A stretch of 64,000 nt of DNA from Thermodesulfovibrionia bacterium (GCA_030646035.1 JAUSMY010000040.1:8081-72080); one strand, 5' to 3'; counted from the first letter of the stretch, positions 9,390-20,817 are shown. Made by a program: numbers and translations. The notes: a model not told the origin generated them from the sequence alone.

Positions 9390-9556
9390 CTAATTACCTG
9401 AGCATATATGTATCGTTAGAGGCATAATAATTAGTATACTGCCAACCGTATTGCTGGAATATGAATATCATAGTTGTATGGATAAGAAAAGGCAAGCACA
9501 AATGATATACGGCATAAAGAAGTAGCGCAGAAGTTATAACTTAGCGGAACGAGGAA

Positions 9557-10537
9557 CTAAATACTATCTCCGTTAACCGCGCCAATCTTCCTGAACTTGT
9601 CGTATCTCTCTTTGATACGCATCTCCGGGGTTTTTCTGGAGAGTTCATCGATGTGGAGCAATAACGCTCTTTTCATGTTCTCTGCAATCTCTTTGTGGTC
9701 TTTGTGTGCGCCGCCTGTTGGTTCGGGTATTATATCGTCGCAGACCCCGAACTTTTTAAGGTCTTCCGCAGTGATCTTAAGCGCTGCGGATGCCCTTTCA
9801 AAATCTTTCGGCCCGGTCTCGTTAGGCGCTTTCTTCCATAAGATAGCTGCGCATCCTTCAGGAGATATGACAGAATAGATCGAATGTTCAAGCATAAGTA
9901 TCCTGTCTGCAACTGAAAGGGCAAGCGCTCCTCCGCTTCCGCCTTCTCCGATCACAACAGAGATGATAGGGTTTTTCAGTTTGAACATCATATAGAGGTT
10001 CTTGGCAATGGCTTCAGCCTGGCCTCTTTCTTCAGCGCCAAGTCCGGGATAGGCTCCGGGCGTATCAATAAAAGTTATGAGCGGTTTATTGAAACGGTCA
10101 GCGAGCCTCATTATCCTCAGGGCCTTTCTGTACCCTTCAGGGTGGGGCTGGCCGAAGTTTCTTTCGATCCTCTCCCTCGTGGTCTTGCCCTTCTGATGTC
10201 CGATGACTACAACAGGGAAGCCCTCAAACCTTGCGATGCCTGCTACTATTGCCGGGTCGTCAGAGAAGTTCCTGTCGCCGTGAAGCTCGACAAAATCTTC
10301 CATCAGGAGCTTTATATAGTCAAGGGTATGGGGCCTGTCAGAATGCCGGGCTATCTGGGTCTTTTGCCACGGCGTAAGTTTTGAAAAGATATTGATCCTC
10401 AGGTCAGAGGCCTTCTTCTCAAGCTTGCGTATCTCAGATGTTATATTGACGTCCTTGCCGTCAGCTATACGCCTCAGCTCTTCGATCTTATTCTCAAGAT
10501 CTACTACAGGTTTTTCAAATTCAAGATAATTATGCAT
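9557..10537 (-). CDS. accA: acetyl-CoA carboxylase carboxyltransferase alpha subunit
   Basis: 326-aa [28 protein letters not shown]...; carboxyltransferase core ([20 protein letters not shown]). Confidence 0.92.
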   Translation of the reverse strand: MHNYLEFEKPVVDLENKIEELRRIADGKDVNITSEIRKLEKKASDLRINIFSKLTPWQKTQIARHSDRPHTLDYIKLLMEDFVELHGDRNFSDDPAIVAGIARFEGFPVVVIGHQKGKTTRERIERNFGQPHPEGYRKALRIMRLADRFNKPLITFIDTPGAYPGLGAEERGQAEAIAKNLYMMFKLKNPIISVVIGEGGSGGALALSVADRILMLEHSIYSVISPEGCAAILWKKAPNETGPKDFERASAALKITAEDLKKFGVCDDIIPEPTGGAHKDHKEIAENMKRALLLHIDELSRKTPEMRIKERYDKFRKIGAVNGDSI

Positions 10538-10555
10538 AGGTATAATTATATAATA

Positions 10556-13500
10556 TTAATTAAGAATTGCGGAGTTTTCTCCAAGGATATTTTTCACCTC
10601 AACAAGCAGCTCGTTGGAAGGCATAATCTTGAAATCGGTTGAAAGTGTTGTCTCCCATTTTTCAGGAGATATGATCTTAAGGAATACATTGCAGTAGCCT
10701 GAATGTTTTGTGAATATATCCTGAAGCTTCCTGAGCCTTAGCGGATCGGTATCGTTATTCATTACAAGCACAAGTGACCTGTATTTTTGTTCTGTGGGTT
10801 TTTCCCGTCCATTTCCTCTGGCAGCCCTTCCTGATGTTGAAACAGCCTTCAACGCTCCTGCGGTATCATTTATAGAGACGACCTCTTTGGCAATAACCTT
10901 CACGCCTTTGTCAGACTTGTCGATATGCCCTGCTATGACTATCGGCTCCTCCTGTGATAAAAGCTCGCTGCACTTTGTGTATATATCAGGGAAGACGACC
11001 GCCTCAGCAGTTCCGTACATATCCTCGATAGTGAGGGCTGCCATCATGTCTCCCTTCTTAGTAGTTATCTTCTTGATGCTTTGCACTATGCCGCAGATAT
11101 TGACATCTTCCTTGTCATTGCATTCCCTTATTGATGTTGTAGACTTGACTGAAAGTTTAGCAAGCTGTTCCTTAAACTTATTAAGCGGATGCCCTGATAT
11201 ATAAAAACCAAGCGCTTCTTTTTCCATGGTCAGGCGCTTTGACTCGCTCCATTCCTCGACTTCAGGAAGATCTTCTGCCGCAGGGGTGTGCATGTCGAAC
11301 ATGCTTCCCTGCCCTGAGTGCATCTCTTTCTGTGACTTCATCGCAGCATCCATTACAGGGCCCAATGCTTCCATAAGCTGCGCCCTTCTGCCGAATGAAT
11401 CCATGGCGCCAGCTTTGATCAGGCCTTCGATAACTTTCTTATTTACCTTTCTTGAATCAGCCCTTAAGCAGAAATCAAAGTATGAAACAAAACGGCCGCT
11501 GTCTCTTATTGAGATTATCGCCTCGATAGCAGAGCCCCCTACACCCTTTACCGCTTCAAGGCCGAAACGAATAGCCCTTCCCATGACTGTGAACTCCCGC
11601 TTGCTCTCATTCAGGTCAGGTGGAAGTATCTCTATATCCATATCCCTGCACTCGATAATATAGGCAACGACCTTTTCAGTATTATCCATATCCGAGCTCA
11701 GGGATGCTGCCATGAACTCAACAGGGTAGTGGGTCTTAAGATATGCTGTTTGGTATGCTATAAGCGCATATGCTGCGGAATGTGACTTATTAAAACCATA
11801 CTCGGCGAACTGAAGTATAAGGCCGTACAGCTTCTCAGCCTTCTTCTCGGATATCTTATTCTTCTTTGCTCCTTCGATGAATGTGTTCTTAAGCTTCTCC
11901 ATCTCCTCAGGGTTCTTTCCGCCCATAGCTTTTCTAAGGATATCAGCCTGTGCAAGCGTGAAGTTTGCGATCTTGTGCGCGACCTTCATAACCTGCTCCT
12001 GGTAGAGGATGATGCCGTGTGTCTCTTTAAGTATCTTGTCCAGCTCAGGCAGTGATAGCTTTGACAGAGAGCCTGAGGTTATTATCTCATTTGAAGATTC
12101 CTGGTCTTTCTTTCCTTTAATGAACTCATCCACCATGCCGCTCCCAAGAGGGCCGGGCCTGTAAAGCGCCACAAGGGCTATAAGGTCTTCAAAGACCGAA
12201 GGCCTTATCCTTACAAGCAGATCTCTCATGCCGGAGCTTTCAAGCTGAAATATGCCTGTGGTCTTTGCAGAGCTCAGGAGATCAAATGTCTCTTTGTCAT
12301 CAAGAGGGATATTCTTGATAGAAAAATGTCCGGCTTCCGCCTTGTCTTCAGGCAGAAGGTTGCTGTTGATTATCTTTTCAGCCTTGTCAATTACAGTGAG
12401 CGTCTTGAGGCCCAGGAAGTCGAACTTGAGCAGTCCCAAATCTTTTATCGCGTCCATATCATACTGTGTAACAACGGCATCCTCGTTAGAAGCCTTGTAA
12501 AGCGGAAGGTAATCGGTCAGGGGTTCCGGTGATATAACAATTCCTGCTGCATGCGTTGAGGCGTGCCTTGAGAGGCCCTCAAGCCTTTTGGCGATATCTA
12601 TCAGCTTCTTTATCTCGTCATTTGTTTCGTAAAGTTCTTTCAGTTGAGGCTCTGCATTAAGCGCCTTGTCAAGGGTCATCTTCAGGTCAAAGGGGATGAG
12701 TTTGGCGACCCTGTCCACTTCAGCATAAGGCATGTTCATCACCCTGCCGACATCCCTTATGGCGCCACGCGCCTTCATGGTTCCGAACGTTATGATCTGA
12801 GCGACATGATCCTTGCCGTACTTATTGGTCACGTAATCAATTACCTCTGACCTCCTGTCCATGCAGAAATCTATATCTATATCAGGCATGCTCACTCTGT
12901 CAGGATTTAAGAACCTCTCAAACAGGAGGTCGTATTTCATAGGGTCGATACCGGTTATATCAAGGCTGTAAGCAACAAGGCTTCCTGCCGCAGAACCTCT
13001 TCCCGGGCCGACAGGGATGTCCATGCTCTTTGCATATTTGATAAAGTCCCAGACTATCAGGAAGTAGGAGGAAAAGCCCATCTCATTTATCGTCTTAAGT
13101 TCTGTAACCAGCCTTGATGCGTATTCTTCCGGTATATCGCCGCCGAGCTTTTCCTTCAGCCCTGACTCTGTAAGCCGCTTTAAATATGAGTCAAGGTCAT
13201 CAGTGCTGTCTGCGTTATACCTGGGCAGATGGAACTCCCCGAACACAAGGTCAAGATTGCATCTTTCCGCAACCTTCTTTGTATTCTCAATTACTTCAGG
13301 ATTATCTTTGAAATAAGCTTTGATCTCGTCCGGACTCTTGAAATAGAAGGAATTCTTTGAGAAGCGCATTCTCTCCTTGTCATCAAGGGTCTTGCCGGTC
13401 TGTATGCATAAGAGCGCGTCATGCGCGTTTGAGTCTTCTTTGTTTAAATAGTGGCAGTCGTTGGTTGCAACCACCCCTATGTGGAGGTCTTTGCCAAGTT

Positions 13501-14083
13501 CTATTATCTGGCTGTTGATTATATCCTGTTCAGGAAGCTCGTTTGCCTGAACCTCAAGATAGAAGTTATCCGCTCCGAGGATATGCATATAGCTTAATGC
13601 CGCATCTCTTGCCTCGTCTACCATGCCCCTATGAAGAAGAAACGACACCTCGCCTTTAAGGCAGGCTGACAGGCCGATAAGCCCTCCGCTGTACTGCGAC
13701 AGCATATCCTTGTCTATCCTCGGCTTGTAATAGAATCCATCAAGATACGCCTTGCTCACCAGCCGGGTCAGATTTTGATAACCGTGTATGTCTTTGCAAA
13801 GGAGTATCAGGTGAAAAGATGTCTCTGCTTTTCCGTTGGATGAAGCTTTTTTCAAATGGCTGTCAGGCGCGACATATACCTCACAGCCGATGATAGGCTT
13901 CAGCCCTGCCTTTGATACCTTTTTATAAAACTCTATCGCGCCGAACATGTTTCCATGGTCAGTGATAGCGATAGCCGCGAGCTTATACTCAAGGGCCTTC
14001 TCGATCATGTCATCAATTCTAATTGCCCCATCAAGCAAGCTGTAATGGGTATGGAGGTGAAGCGGAACGTAGCTGGAATGCAT
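10556..14083 (-). CDS. dnaE: DNA polymerase III alpha subunit
   Basis: 1175-aa ORF; N-terminal PHP domain (HLHTHYSLLDGA), polymerase core, C-terminal OB-fold region. Confidence 0.95.
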   Translation of the reverse strand: MHSSYVPLHLHTHYSLLDGAIRIDDMIEKALEYKLAAIAITDHGNMFGAIEFYKKVSKAGLKPIIGCEVYVAPDSHLKKASSNGKAETSFHLILLCKDIHGYQNLTRLVSKAYLDGFYYKPRIDKDMLSQYSGGLIGLSACLKGEVSFLLHRGMVDEARDAALSYMHILGADNFYLEVQANELPEQDIINSQIIELGKDLHIGVVATNDCHYLNKEDSNAHDALLCIQTGKTLDDKERMRFSKNSFYFKSPDEIKAYFKDNPEVIENTKKVAERCNLDLVFGEFHLPRYNADSTDDLDSYLKRLTESGLKEKLGGDIPEEYASRLVTELKTINEMGFSSYFLIVWDFIKYAKSMDIPVGPGRGSAAGSLVAYSLDITGIDPMKYDLLFERFLNPDRVSMPDIDIDFCMDRRSEVIDYVTNKYGKDHVAQIITFGTMKARGAIRDVGRVMNMPYAEVDRVAKLIPFDLKMTLDKALNAEPQLKELYETNDEIKKLIDIAKRLEGLSRHASTHAAGIVISPEPLTDYLPLYKASNEDAVVTQYDMDAIKDLGLLKFDFLGLKTLTVIDKAEKIINSNLLPEDKAEAGHFSIKNIPLDDKETFDLLSSAKTTGIFQLESSGMRDLLVRIRPSVFEDLIALVALYRPGPLGSGMVDEFIKGKKDQESSNEIITSGSLSKLSLPELDKILKETHGIILYQEQVMKVAHKIANFTLAQADILRKAMGGKNPEEMEKLKNTFIEGAKKNKISEKKAEKLYGLILQFAEYGFNKSHSAAYALIAYQTAYLKTHYPVEFMAASLSSDMDNTEKVVAYIIECRDMDIEILPPDLNESKREFTVMGRAIRFGLEAVKGVGGSAIEAIISIRDSGRFVSYFDFCLRADSRKVNKKVIEGLIKAGAMDSFGRRAQLMEALGPVMDAAMKSQKEMHSGQGSMFDMHTPAAEDLPEVEEWSESKRLTMEKEALGFYISGHPLNKFKEQLAKLSVKSTTSIRECNDKEDVNICGIVQSIKKITTKKGDMMAALTIEDMYGTAEAVVFPDIYTKCSELLSQEEPIVIAGHIDKSDKGVKVIAKEVVSINDTAGALKAVSTSGRAARGNGREKPTEQKYRSLVLVMNNDTDPLRLRKLQDIFTKHSGYCNVFLKIISPEKWETTLSTDFKIMPSNELLVEVKNILGENSAILN

Positions 14084-14188
14084 GATAGATTTTAGAATAT
14101 CAGGGGTCTTTAGTCAAACAACGGAAAAGTTAAAATTTGAGAGTGAAAAGGCATATAATTTTAAAGGAAAAAACCACAACTTCCAGCT

Positions 14189-15199
14189 TTAAAGTTTATT
14201 TGTAATCGCTATTATCTCTTCAAGTTTCCTGAGCGCGGCTCCTGAGTCAATGGCCTCTTCAGCCTGTTTAACAGCTCCAAAAAAACCGTTCGCGTGGCCG
14301 CCTGCTATCAGGGCTGCGGCTGAGTTCATTATGGTTATATCCCTTTTGGCGCCGGTTAAGCCTTTGAGTATGTCCATTGTTATCTTCGCATTCTCTTCAG
14401 CTGTTCCTCCGACAAGCTCATCCTTTCCTGCTTTTTTAAATCCTATATCCGAAGGAGACAAGTAATAGGTATTCACAGTCCCGTTTTTCAGTTCAGATAT
14501 TTTTGTATCGTCTGTATTTGTTATCTCATCCAGCCCGTCTTTGCCGTGAACGATAAATGCATGTTCAATGCCGAGGTTACATAGCACATGTGCCATTGTC
14601 TCTGTAAGCGGGTCGCTGAATACTCCGAGCACCTGTCTCTTTGCGCCGGCAGGGTTGGTAAGAGGCCCAAGTATATTGAAGACGGTCCTTATGCCCATCT
14701 CTTTTCGAGGGCCTATTGCGAACTTCATGGCAGGATGGAAGAGCGGAGCGAACATGAAGCCGAATCCGGTCTCCTGAAGGCAACGCTCTACTTTTTTAGG
14801 CTCAAGGTCTATCTTGACCCCGAGGGCCTCAAGAACATCAGCGCTTCCCGACCTGCTTGAGACAGAGCGGTTGCCGTGCTTTGCGACAGGCACGCCGCAT
14901 GCCGATACGACTATGGCAGAGGTAGTTGAGATGTTGAATGTATGCGCCATGTCGCCGCCTGTCCCGCATGTGTCAACCGTATTCAGGGGAGAATTTATTT
15001 TTGTCGCCTTTTCGCGCATGATGACCGCCGCGCCAGTGATCTCATCAATGGTCTCGCCCTTTAATCTCAGGGCTGTCAGAAAAGAGGCTGTCTGCGCGTC
15101 TGTAGACTTGCCCTCCATGATATCCCTCATGGAATCAGCCATCTGGACTTTCGAAAGGTCTCGGCCCTCTATTAACAAACTTATGGCTTCTTTTATCAT
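14189..15199 (-). CDS. trpD: anthranilate phosphoribosyltransferase
   Basis: 336-aa ORF; TrpD hallmarks (FLTALRLKGET, CGTGGD, NRSVSSRSGSADVLEALG). Confidence 0.9.
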   Translation of the reverse strand: MIKEAISLLIEGRDLSKVQMADSMRDIMEGKSTDAQTASFLTALRLKGETIDEITGAAVIMREKATKINSPLNTVDTCGTGGDMAHTFNISTTSAIVVSACGVPVAKHGNRSVSSRSGSADVLEALGVKIDLEPKKVERCLQETGFGFMFAPLFHPAMKFAIGPRKEMGIRTVFNILGPLTNPAGAKRQVLGVFSDPLTETMAHVLCNLGIEHAFIVHGKDGLDEITNTDDTKISELKNGTVNTYYLSPSDIGFKKAGKDELVGGTAEENAKITMDILKGLTGAKRDITIMNSAAALIAGGHANGFFGAVKQAEEAIDSGAALRKLEEIIAITNKL

Positions 15200-15299
15200 T
15201 ACATCCTCCGGTCAAAGTATAGCTTTTGGGACATGCTGATTTTATCATAAAAGAAGTTATTAGGGCGAGGGGAAGTTATTGAAGCTTGAGTTACATAAG

Positions 15300-16259
15300 T
15301 TATGAAGAGGGCGCTGTTTCTACTTTATCTGTCGGTACGCAGACACGGTTTCTGCCGGACTGTTTTGCGATGTAGAGGGCCTTGTCGGCTCGTTCGAGGA
15401 TATCCTTCCACTGGTTGTGGTTGTCGTTTTCGTTAAATGCCGCAACCCCGCAGCTTATGGTAAGGTAGCCCCTTTCACAGCCTTTATGCTCGATCCTTAA
15501 AGACTCTATGGCTTGCCTCAGTTTTTCAGCAACAAGTATTGCCTGAGACTTCACCTGCTCATGCACAATTACGACTATCTCTTCACCGCCCCATCTGAAT
15601 ATGTCATCTGACATCCTGATGACCTCTTTTAATGTGTCAGCAACTTTCTTAAGGAGAATATCTCCTTCCAAATGGCCGTATGTATCGTTATAGTTCTTGA
15701 AGTAATCTATATCGCACATTATCAGCCCGTAATTCTGAAGGTATCTGCATGCACGGTGATGGGACTTCTTAATCGATTCATAAAAGGCATGGCGATTCCC
15801 GATCTCCATGAGGGCATCTGTTCTGGCTATCTCCTCCAGCCTTTTATTTAAATTGCCAAGTTCATCATTTTTTTGTGTAAGCTCCTTTTCAAGGTTCAGT
15901 ATCCTCTCTCCTGCCCTGACCCTGACCTTAAGCTCTGCCACGTCAAAAGGTTTTGCAACGTAATCATCAGCGCCTGCCTCAAGCCCTTCTACTATGTCCC
16001 CTTTTTTGTCTTTGCCGGTAAGCAGTATAAAATAAATATATCCTGTTTTATTCAAGGCGCGTATGTTTTTGCACAATGTGACCCCGTCCATTTCCGGCAT
16101 CATCCAGTCTGCGATTATGAACTTGATCTCTTCCTGCTGGAATATCTCCCACGCTATCATTCCGTTTTCAGCTGCTATTACTTCGTGGCCCCAGGCCTTG
16201 ACGGTCTTCTCCAGGAGTTTTCTTGATATGAGGTCGTCTTCAACAACAAGTATCTTCAT
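15300..16259 (-). CDS. response regulator with REC and GGDEF domains (signature reads GGEEI)
   Basis: 319-aa ORF; REC domain (MKILVVEDD..., phospho-acceptor region IIADWMMPEMDG); GGDEF-family domain with RWGGEEIVV at 15576-15590. Confidence 0.85.
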   Translation of the reverse strand: MKILVVEDDLISRKLLEKTVKAWGHEVIAAENGMIAWEIFQQEEIKFIIADWMMPEMDGVTLCKNIRALNKTGYIYFILLTGKDKKGDIVEGLEAGADDYVAKPFDVAELKVRVRAGERILNLEKELTQKNDELGNLNKRLEEIARTDALMEIGNRHAFYESIKKSHHRACRYLQNYGLIMCDIDYFKNYNDTYGHLEGDILLKKVADTLKEVIRMSDDIFRWGGEEIVVIVHEQVKSQAILVAEKLRQAIESLRIEHKGCERGYLTISCGVAAFNENDNHNQWKDILERADKALYIAKQSGRNRVCVPTDKVETAPSS

Positions 16260-16275
16260 ATTTGCCTTTTACTGT

Positions 16276-19200
16276 TTAAATGCTCTCTGCGAATTTATTC
16301 AACTCGGATATCTCAGACCTGAGATTGTCAACAAGCTGTGTGAGGCCGGATATATCATTGTTTCGGCCTTTGTGCTCTATTGCCAATGCAAGGGATTGCA
16401 CCCTTGTGGCGCTCAGGTTTCCTGCCGCGCCCTTTATGCTGTGCGCATTCTTCTGCACAGTGTCCGTGTCTCCTGATGCCACGGCGTCCTCGATCGCCTT
16501 GATCTTATCCGGTACATAAGAAAGAAATTCATTCAACAGCTCTTTATAAAAGTCTTTGTCATCATCGAACCTGGCCATCGCGCTCTTTATGTCTACAGGT
16601 GTATCTGATTCAGGTTTGGCTCCGGATTCAGTAATGTCGTCAGTCGTTTTTGTTGCTATCGGTTTTGGGATGACTATTTTGGATCTTACCCACTTGGAGA
16701 TCTTCTCCAGCATCTCCTGAGGCTCAATAGGTTTTGACAGGTAGTCGTCCATCCCGGCTTCGATGCAGCGCTCAAAGTCGCCTTTCAGCGCATGTGCTGT
16801 CATTGCGATTATTGTTGTGTGCATGCCATTGTTCTCTCTTAAGCGGATCTCATTTGTGGCTTTGATGCCGTCCATCTCCGGCATCTGTATATCCATTAAA
16901 ACAATATCGTACTTTTTCTTATCCAGCGCTTCAAGCGCCAGCCTGCCGTTCTCAACAATATCAACCTGATACCCTGCTTTTGTCAGTATTTTCTGAGCCA
17001 CTTTCTGGTTGACCGGATTATCTTCAGCAAGCAGTATATTTACGCTCTGGTACTTTGTGTCCCTCAATGTGTGGCTTGTCACGATCTTATGTCTATGGGT
17101 CGATCTATCCTTTTCGTTTCCGCTGAGCACAGTGACAATTGTTTCTAAAAGCAGAGATTCCTTAACAGGCTTTATGAGATAGCCTGAACAACCTATATTC
17201 CGTATGTCGGCAACATCTCCCCGGCTCCCCAGAGATGTAAGAATAATTATCTCCGTGTCCTTGATCTCAGGCGTGTTCTTAACAATGACAGTGGTATGCT
17301 CACCGTCCATTCCAGGCATCTGCATGTCAAGCAGCATGACCTTGAACGGGTCTTTAGCTGCAGCAGCTTTCTTGAGTTCCCTGATAGCTGCAACTCCGCT
17401 GTCAACTGATACCGGCCTGCAGCCATAGTTCTCCAGTGTCTTCTCAAGTATCAGCCTATTGGTCTTGTTATCGTCGGTTATAAGCACTCTCATGCCTTTT
17501 AATTCCGGCGTTGTCTTATCAACAGGTATCGGCTGAATATCTTTCTGTTTCTTTATCGGCAGATTGAACCAGAACCTGCTCCCTTTGCCCGGTGTGGTAT
17601 CAACGCCTATCTCTCCGTTCATGAGTTCAACTAATTTTTTTGATATAGACAGGCCCAGCCCGGTTCCTCCATAGATGCGTGTTGTGGAGCCGTCTGCCTG
17701 TGAAAACTCATCAAAGATCATATCCAGCTTGTCTTCAGGCAGCCCTATCCCGGTGTCTGAAACAGAGAAGAGGATATTTTCCACATCATCGTCCTCTTCC
17801 AGAAGTTCGGCCCTTATTACCACTTCCCCTTTATGAGTGAACTTGATAGCGTTGTTGCCCAGGTTCAGCAGTATTTGGCGTATCCTGGCAGGGTCGCCTA
17901 TCAGCAGTGAACTCACTTCATGATGGATCATGCATGCGAGTTCGAGATTCTTTTCAGATGCCTGGAAGGCGAGGGTCTCGGCAACCCCTTCTACTGTAAG
18001 CCTCAGGTTGAAATCTATATGCTCTATAGGCATCTTCCCTGACTCGATCTTTGAAAAGTCCAGGATGTCATTTATTATGTTCAGAAGGGAATAAGCGCTC
18101 TTTTTAACAATTGAAAGGAAATCATACTGTTCATCCGTAAGCTCGGTATCCAGCGCCAGCGAGGTCATCCCCACAATAGCGTTCATCGGTGTGCGTATCT
18201 CATGGCTCATGTTTGCAAGGAACTCGGACTTGATCTTGTTTGCTTCTTCAGCCTTGATACGCTCTGATACAAGATCCTTGTGGGTACCCTCAAGGATGAA
18301 CATCATGTTGTTGAAGGTCTCGGTTGTTTCATAAAGCGCATCTGCTGTGGACATCTTGTAAACGTCACACTGCTCACACCTGCCGTATTTCTGTGCGAAT
18401 TGTCCCTGCACTTGTCCCCCGCAGTGTGTGCCTGCAAGCTGCCAGCATCTCACATTATGTTTTCCATAAGCAGGGCAGTCTTCTTTTCCGCACTTTTTAA
18501 ATTCCCAGCAGGTGGGGATGTAGGGATTATGAACAGGTTTGTATTCATGATTAGTGAAACCTTTTTTTGCCTCAACCTCGTTAATGATCTGCGAGAAGGT
18601 TTCAAGTGCATGGTGAAGGTTTTTTCTGTCTGTCTCAAGCTTCTCGCGTGTATCCATAAGCAGGGCTTCCACTGATTTGCGGTCAGTGATATCCTTGGCT
18701 ATTATTATTATGTCGGTGATATCGCCGTGGTCATCTTTCAGCACAGAGCCTGACAGGATGGATGGTATTGAGTCATGGCCCTTTGTCTCGCATGAGGTCT
18801 CATATCCCCTGACAATGCCTGCATCAAGGAGCATGCCGAAGAAATCAGCCTGGTCTGTCTCTCTTCCGGCCTTACCGCACAGCATGCCGAATTCACTGCC
18901 TATCAATTCATCTTTGCTGTAGCCGAGGAGGTTCACCGCTGCATTGTTAACGTTCTTGATCCTGCCTTTAGAATCCAGTATGACCATGATGTCAGCAATA
19001 GACTCCAGGATCTCGTCGAGGTGGCTTTTTGAGACCAAGACTTCAGAAAGCTTCTGGGTCATCTTATTAAATGCGAGGCCGAGTTGGCCGATCTCATCAT
19101 CTGAGGCTACATCAACCTTTTGGCTGAGGTTCCCGTCAGCAACAGATTGGAAAACAGTAACAAGGTTCTTCACCGGCCTGGATAGCGCTTTTTGCAGGAG

Positions 19201-19809
19201 AAAGGCGAGCAGAATACCGGACAATATTCCAATGGCAGCGAAAACCAAACTGAGTGTTTGTGACCGCTTTCCTTTAGATATGATCTCTTCCATGTGCCTG
19301 CTTATCTCGACCCGGACATTGTTTTTCAGTGCCAGCACATTCTCATGGGCTGAATGTTCTGTTTCAAGGAGTACCTTTTCCCATGAGCGCACCCCTTCTC
19401 CGGTACTTCCAGTGGCAAGCTCCTGTGAATAAGCAACCACTGCAGTTCTGTATTTCTTTGATTTTTCAATAAAGGCCTTCAGCATTACTTTGTCATCTTC
19501 ATGGATAAGAGTATCTTTCAGGGATTCTGAATCTGCAGTAAGCTGTTTGATGTTTTTCAGCAAAGGCTTTATATCTGTATGGCCTTCAATTACATATACG
19601 GTGAGCTGCCCCCTTATATCAACAAACCTTGAAAGAAGTTCATCTATATCCCTGAGATTTTTTCTGTGCCCTTCCTCTAAAGAAGCCAGTTCCCTGTTCA
19701 TGTATGAAGTGTGGTAGATGTCAAGCAGGCTGATAACGGCTATGAGGAATACAAGTATTCCAAGGCCGATGTATCGGAGGGCGCGGTTTGATATATGCAA
19801 CTTATTCAT
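16276..19809 (-). CDS. hybrid sensor histidine kinase (TM-HAMP-PAS-Cys-rich insert-HisKA-HATPase-REC-REC-HPt)
   Basis: 1177-aa ORF; H-box [10 protein letters not shown]-box [12 protein letters not shown], two receiver domains ([23 protein letters not shown]), HPt ([12 protein letters not shown]); 7-Cys segment at residues 434-481. Confidence 0.88.
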   Translation of the reverse strand: MNKLHISNRALRYIGLGILVFLIAVISLLDIYHTSYMNRELASLEEGHRKNLRDIDELLSRFVDIRGQLTVYVIEGHTDIKPLLKNIKQLTADSESLKDTLIHEDDKVMLKAFIEKSKKYRTAVVAYSQELATGSTGEGVRSWEKVLLETEHSAHENVLALKNNVRVEISRHMEEIISKGKRSQTLSLVFAAIGILSGILLAFLLQKALSRPVKNLVTVFQSVADGNLSQKVDVASDDEIGQLGLAFNKMTQKLSEVLVSKSHLDEILESIADIMVILDSKGRIKNVNNAAVNLLGYSKDELIGSEFGMLCGKAGRETDQADFFGMLLDAGIVRGYETSCETKGHDSIPSILSGSVLKDDHGDITDIIIIAKDITDRKSVEALLMDTREKLETDRKNLHHALETFSQIINEVEAKKGFTNHEYKPVHNPYIPTCWEFKKCGKEDCPAYGKHNVRCWQLAGTHCGGQVQGQFAQKYGRCEQCDVYKMSTADALYETTETFNNMMFILEGTHKDLVSERIKAEEANKIKSEFLANMSHEIRTPMNAIVGMTSLALDTELTDEQYDFLSIVKKSAYSLLNIINDILDFSKIESGKMPIEHIDFNLRLTVEGVAETLAFQASEKNLELACMIHHEVSSLLIGDPARIRQILLNLGNNAIKFTHKGEVVIRAELLEEDDDVENILFSVSDTGIGLPEDKLDMIFDEFSQADGSTTRIYGGTGLGLSISKKLVELMNGEIGVDTTPGKGSRFWFNLPIKKQKDIQPIPVDKTTPELKGMRVLITDDNKTNRLILEKTLENYGCRPVSVDSGVAAIRELKKAAAAKDPFKVMLLDMQMPGMDGEHTTVIVKNTPEIKDTEIIILTSLGSRGDVADIRNIGCSGYLIKPVKESLLLETIVTVLSGNEKDRSTHRHKIVTSHTLRDTKYQSVNILLAEDNPVNQKVAQKILTKAGYQVDIVENGRLALEALDKKKYDIVLMDIQMPEMDGIKATNEIRLRENNGMHTTIIAMTAHALKGDFERCIEAGMDDYLSKPIEPQEMLEKISKWVRSKIVIPKPIATKTTDDITESGAKPESDTPVDIKSAMARFDDDKDFYKELLNEFLSYVPDKIKAIEDAVASGDTDTVQKNAHSIKGAAGNLSATRVQSLALAIEHKGRNNDISGLTQLVDNLRSEISELNKFAESI

Positions 19810-19811
19810 AA

Positions 19812-20705
19812 TTATTTAAATATCAGGAAAAGCGGTTCGGATATTCTCCCCTGTCCATACCAGTGCGCTGTTTTCTTATCAATGGGCTCTCCGTAGAGGC
19901 CGGGGATTGATATTCCGAAGAGATATTTCTCCCCGGATTTGGGGCTTAACCGGATGTCATCGCTATGCCCTGTATCAAGCTTGCGGCCGAACTCGATAGT
20001 CCATACGCCCTCTTTCCATACGCCTTTGGCAGGGATATCTCCCATGCTTCCTGAGGGCTTTATATGCGTGAACTGGTCTATGATGTCACCTTTGTATTCG
20101 GTAAGTATTATATTTTGATAGCTGGGGTTCCCTTCATCAGACAGCCTCAGAAGATAACGCTTCTTTCCTGTCGTACTTACAACTTCCTGTGATTTATTCT
20201 GAGAGACTGCTGAGATTATGTCGTACTTGTCATCAGCATACCCGCTCGGGTCAGTACGGTTTGCCTTCCAGTACCATATGTCAGCAGTATAGTCATCGTC
20301 CGAGAAACTGGAGAGATCGACTTTATGGTCCATCATATTCCATTTGAGGGTAAAGGTATCTTCTCTCTGCGGGCCGAGTATGTATGACTCCAGGTTGTTG
20401 TCCCATACCCATGGTTTGTGGAGCCTGTCTTCAGTAGCATCAGGGTATTTGACCAGAAAGTAGATCATATCATCAGTGTAAATACTTTTAATTGTCACAT
20501 CTGCTTCTGTCCTGACATCTTTTACCTTAAAGCTTTTTATACCCTCCCATACCTTGTCATTGGAAACTCCGTCAATGGCAGGAGACTCTTTGACTTTGGT
20601 TGAGGTGATATCTTGTGAGGCGAGGGCGGTTCCGAAGGTTAGGATAATTACTGAAGTTATTAATAAAGATGAAATAAAACCTTTCGTTTTCATATGCTCC
20701 TCCAT
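19812..20705 (-). CDS. secreted hypothetical protein co-transcribed with the hybrid kinase (possible periplasmic ligand-binding partner)
   Basis: 297-aa ORF with N-terminal signal peptide; Trp/Tyr/Asp-rich; stop abuts the kinase start codon; fold assignment not possible from sequence alone. Confidence 0.5.
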   Translation of the reverse strand: MEEHMKTKGFISSLLITSVIILTFGTALASQDITSTKVKESPAIDGVSNDKVWEGIKSFKVKDVRTEADVTIKSIYTDDMIYFLVKYPDATEDRLHKPWVWDNNLESYILGPQREDTFTLKWNMMDHKVDLSSFSDDDYTADIWYWKANRTDPSGYADDKYDIISAVSQNKSQEVVSTTGKKRYLLRLSDEGNPSYQNIILTEYKGDIIDQFTHIKPSGSMGDIPAKGVWKEGVWTIEFGRKLDTGHSDDIRLSPKSGEKYLFGISIPGLYGEPIDKKTAHWYGQGRISEPLFLIFK

Positions 20706-20817
20706 TAAATAAAATGATAAGTTTTATCCATATGTTTGTAATTATATTCTTTCTATATGTGATTAAGCTACTGTTAAATAGCGGGTGGTTACAATTCTAA
20801 TAAGTTAAAGATAAATG

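Noticed and set aside
10794-12850. Several plus-strand ORFs (10794..11204, 11226..11663, 12252..12532, 12644..12850) inside dnaE
   Set aside because: They are antisense to an intact 1175-aa dnaE with unmistakable polymerase motifs; no independent support.
16763-19717. Plus-strand ORFs antisense to the hybrid histidine kinase (for example 18280..18675, 18944..19432)
   Set aside because: Shadow ORFs of a continuous, motif-rich 1177-aa kinase reading frame.
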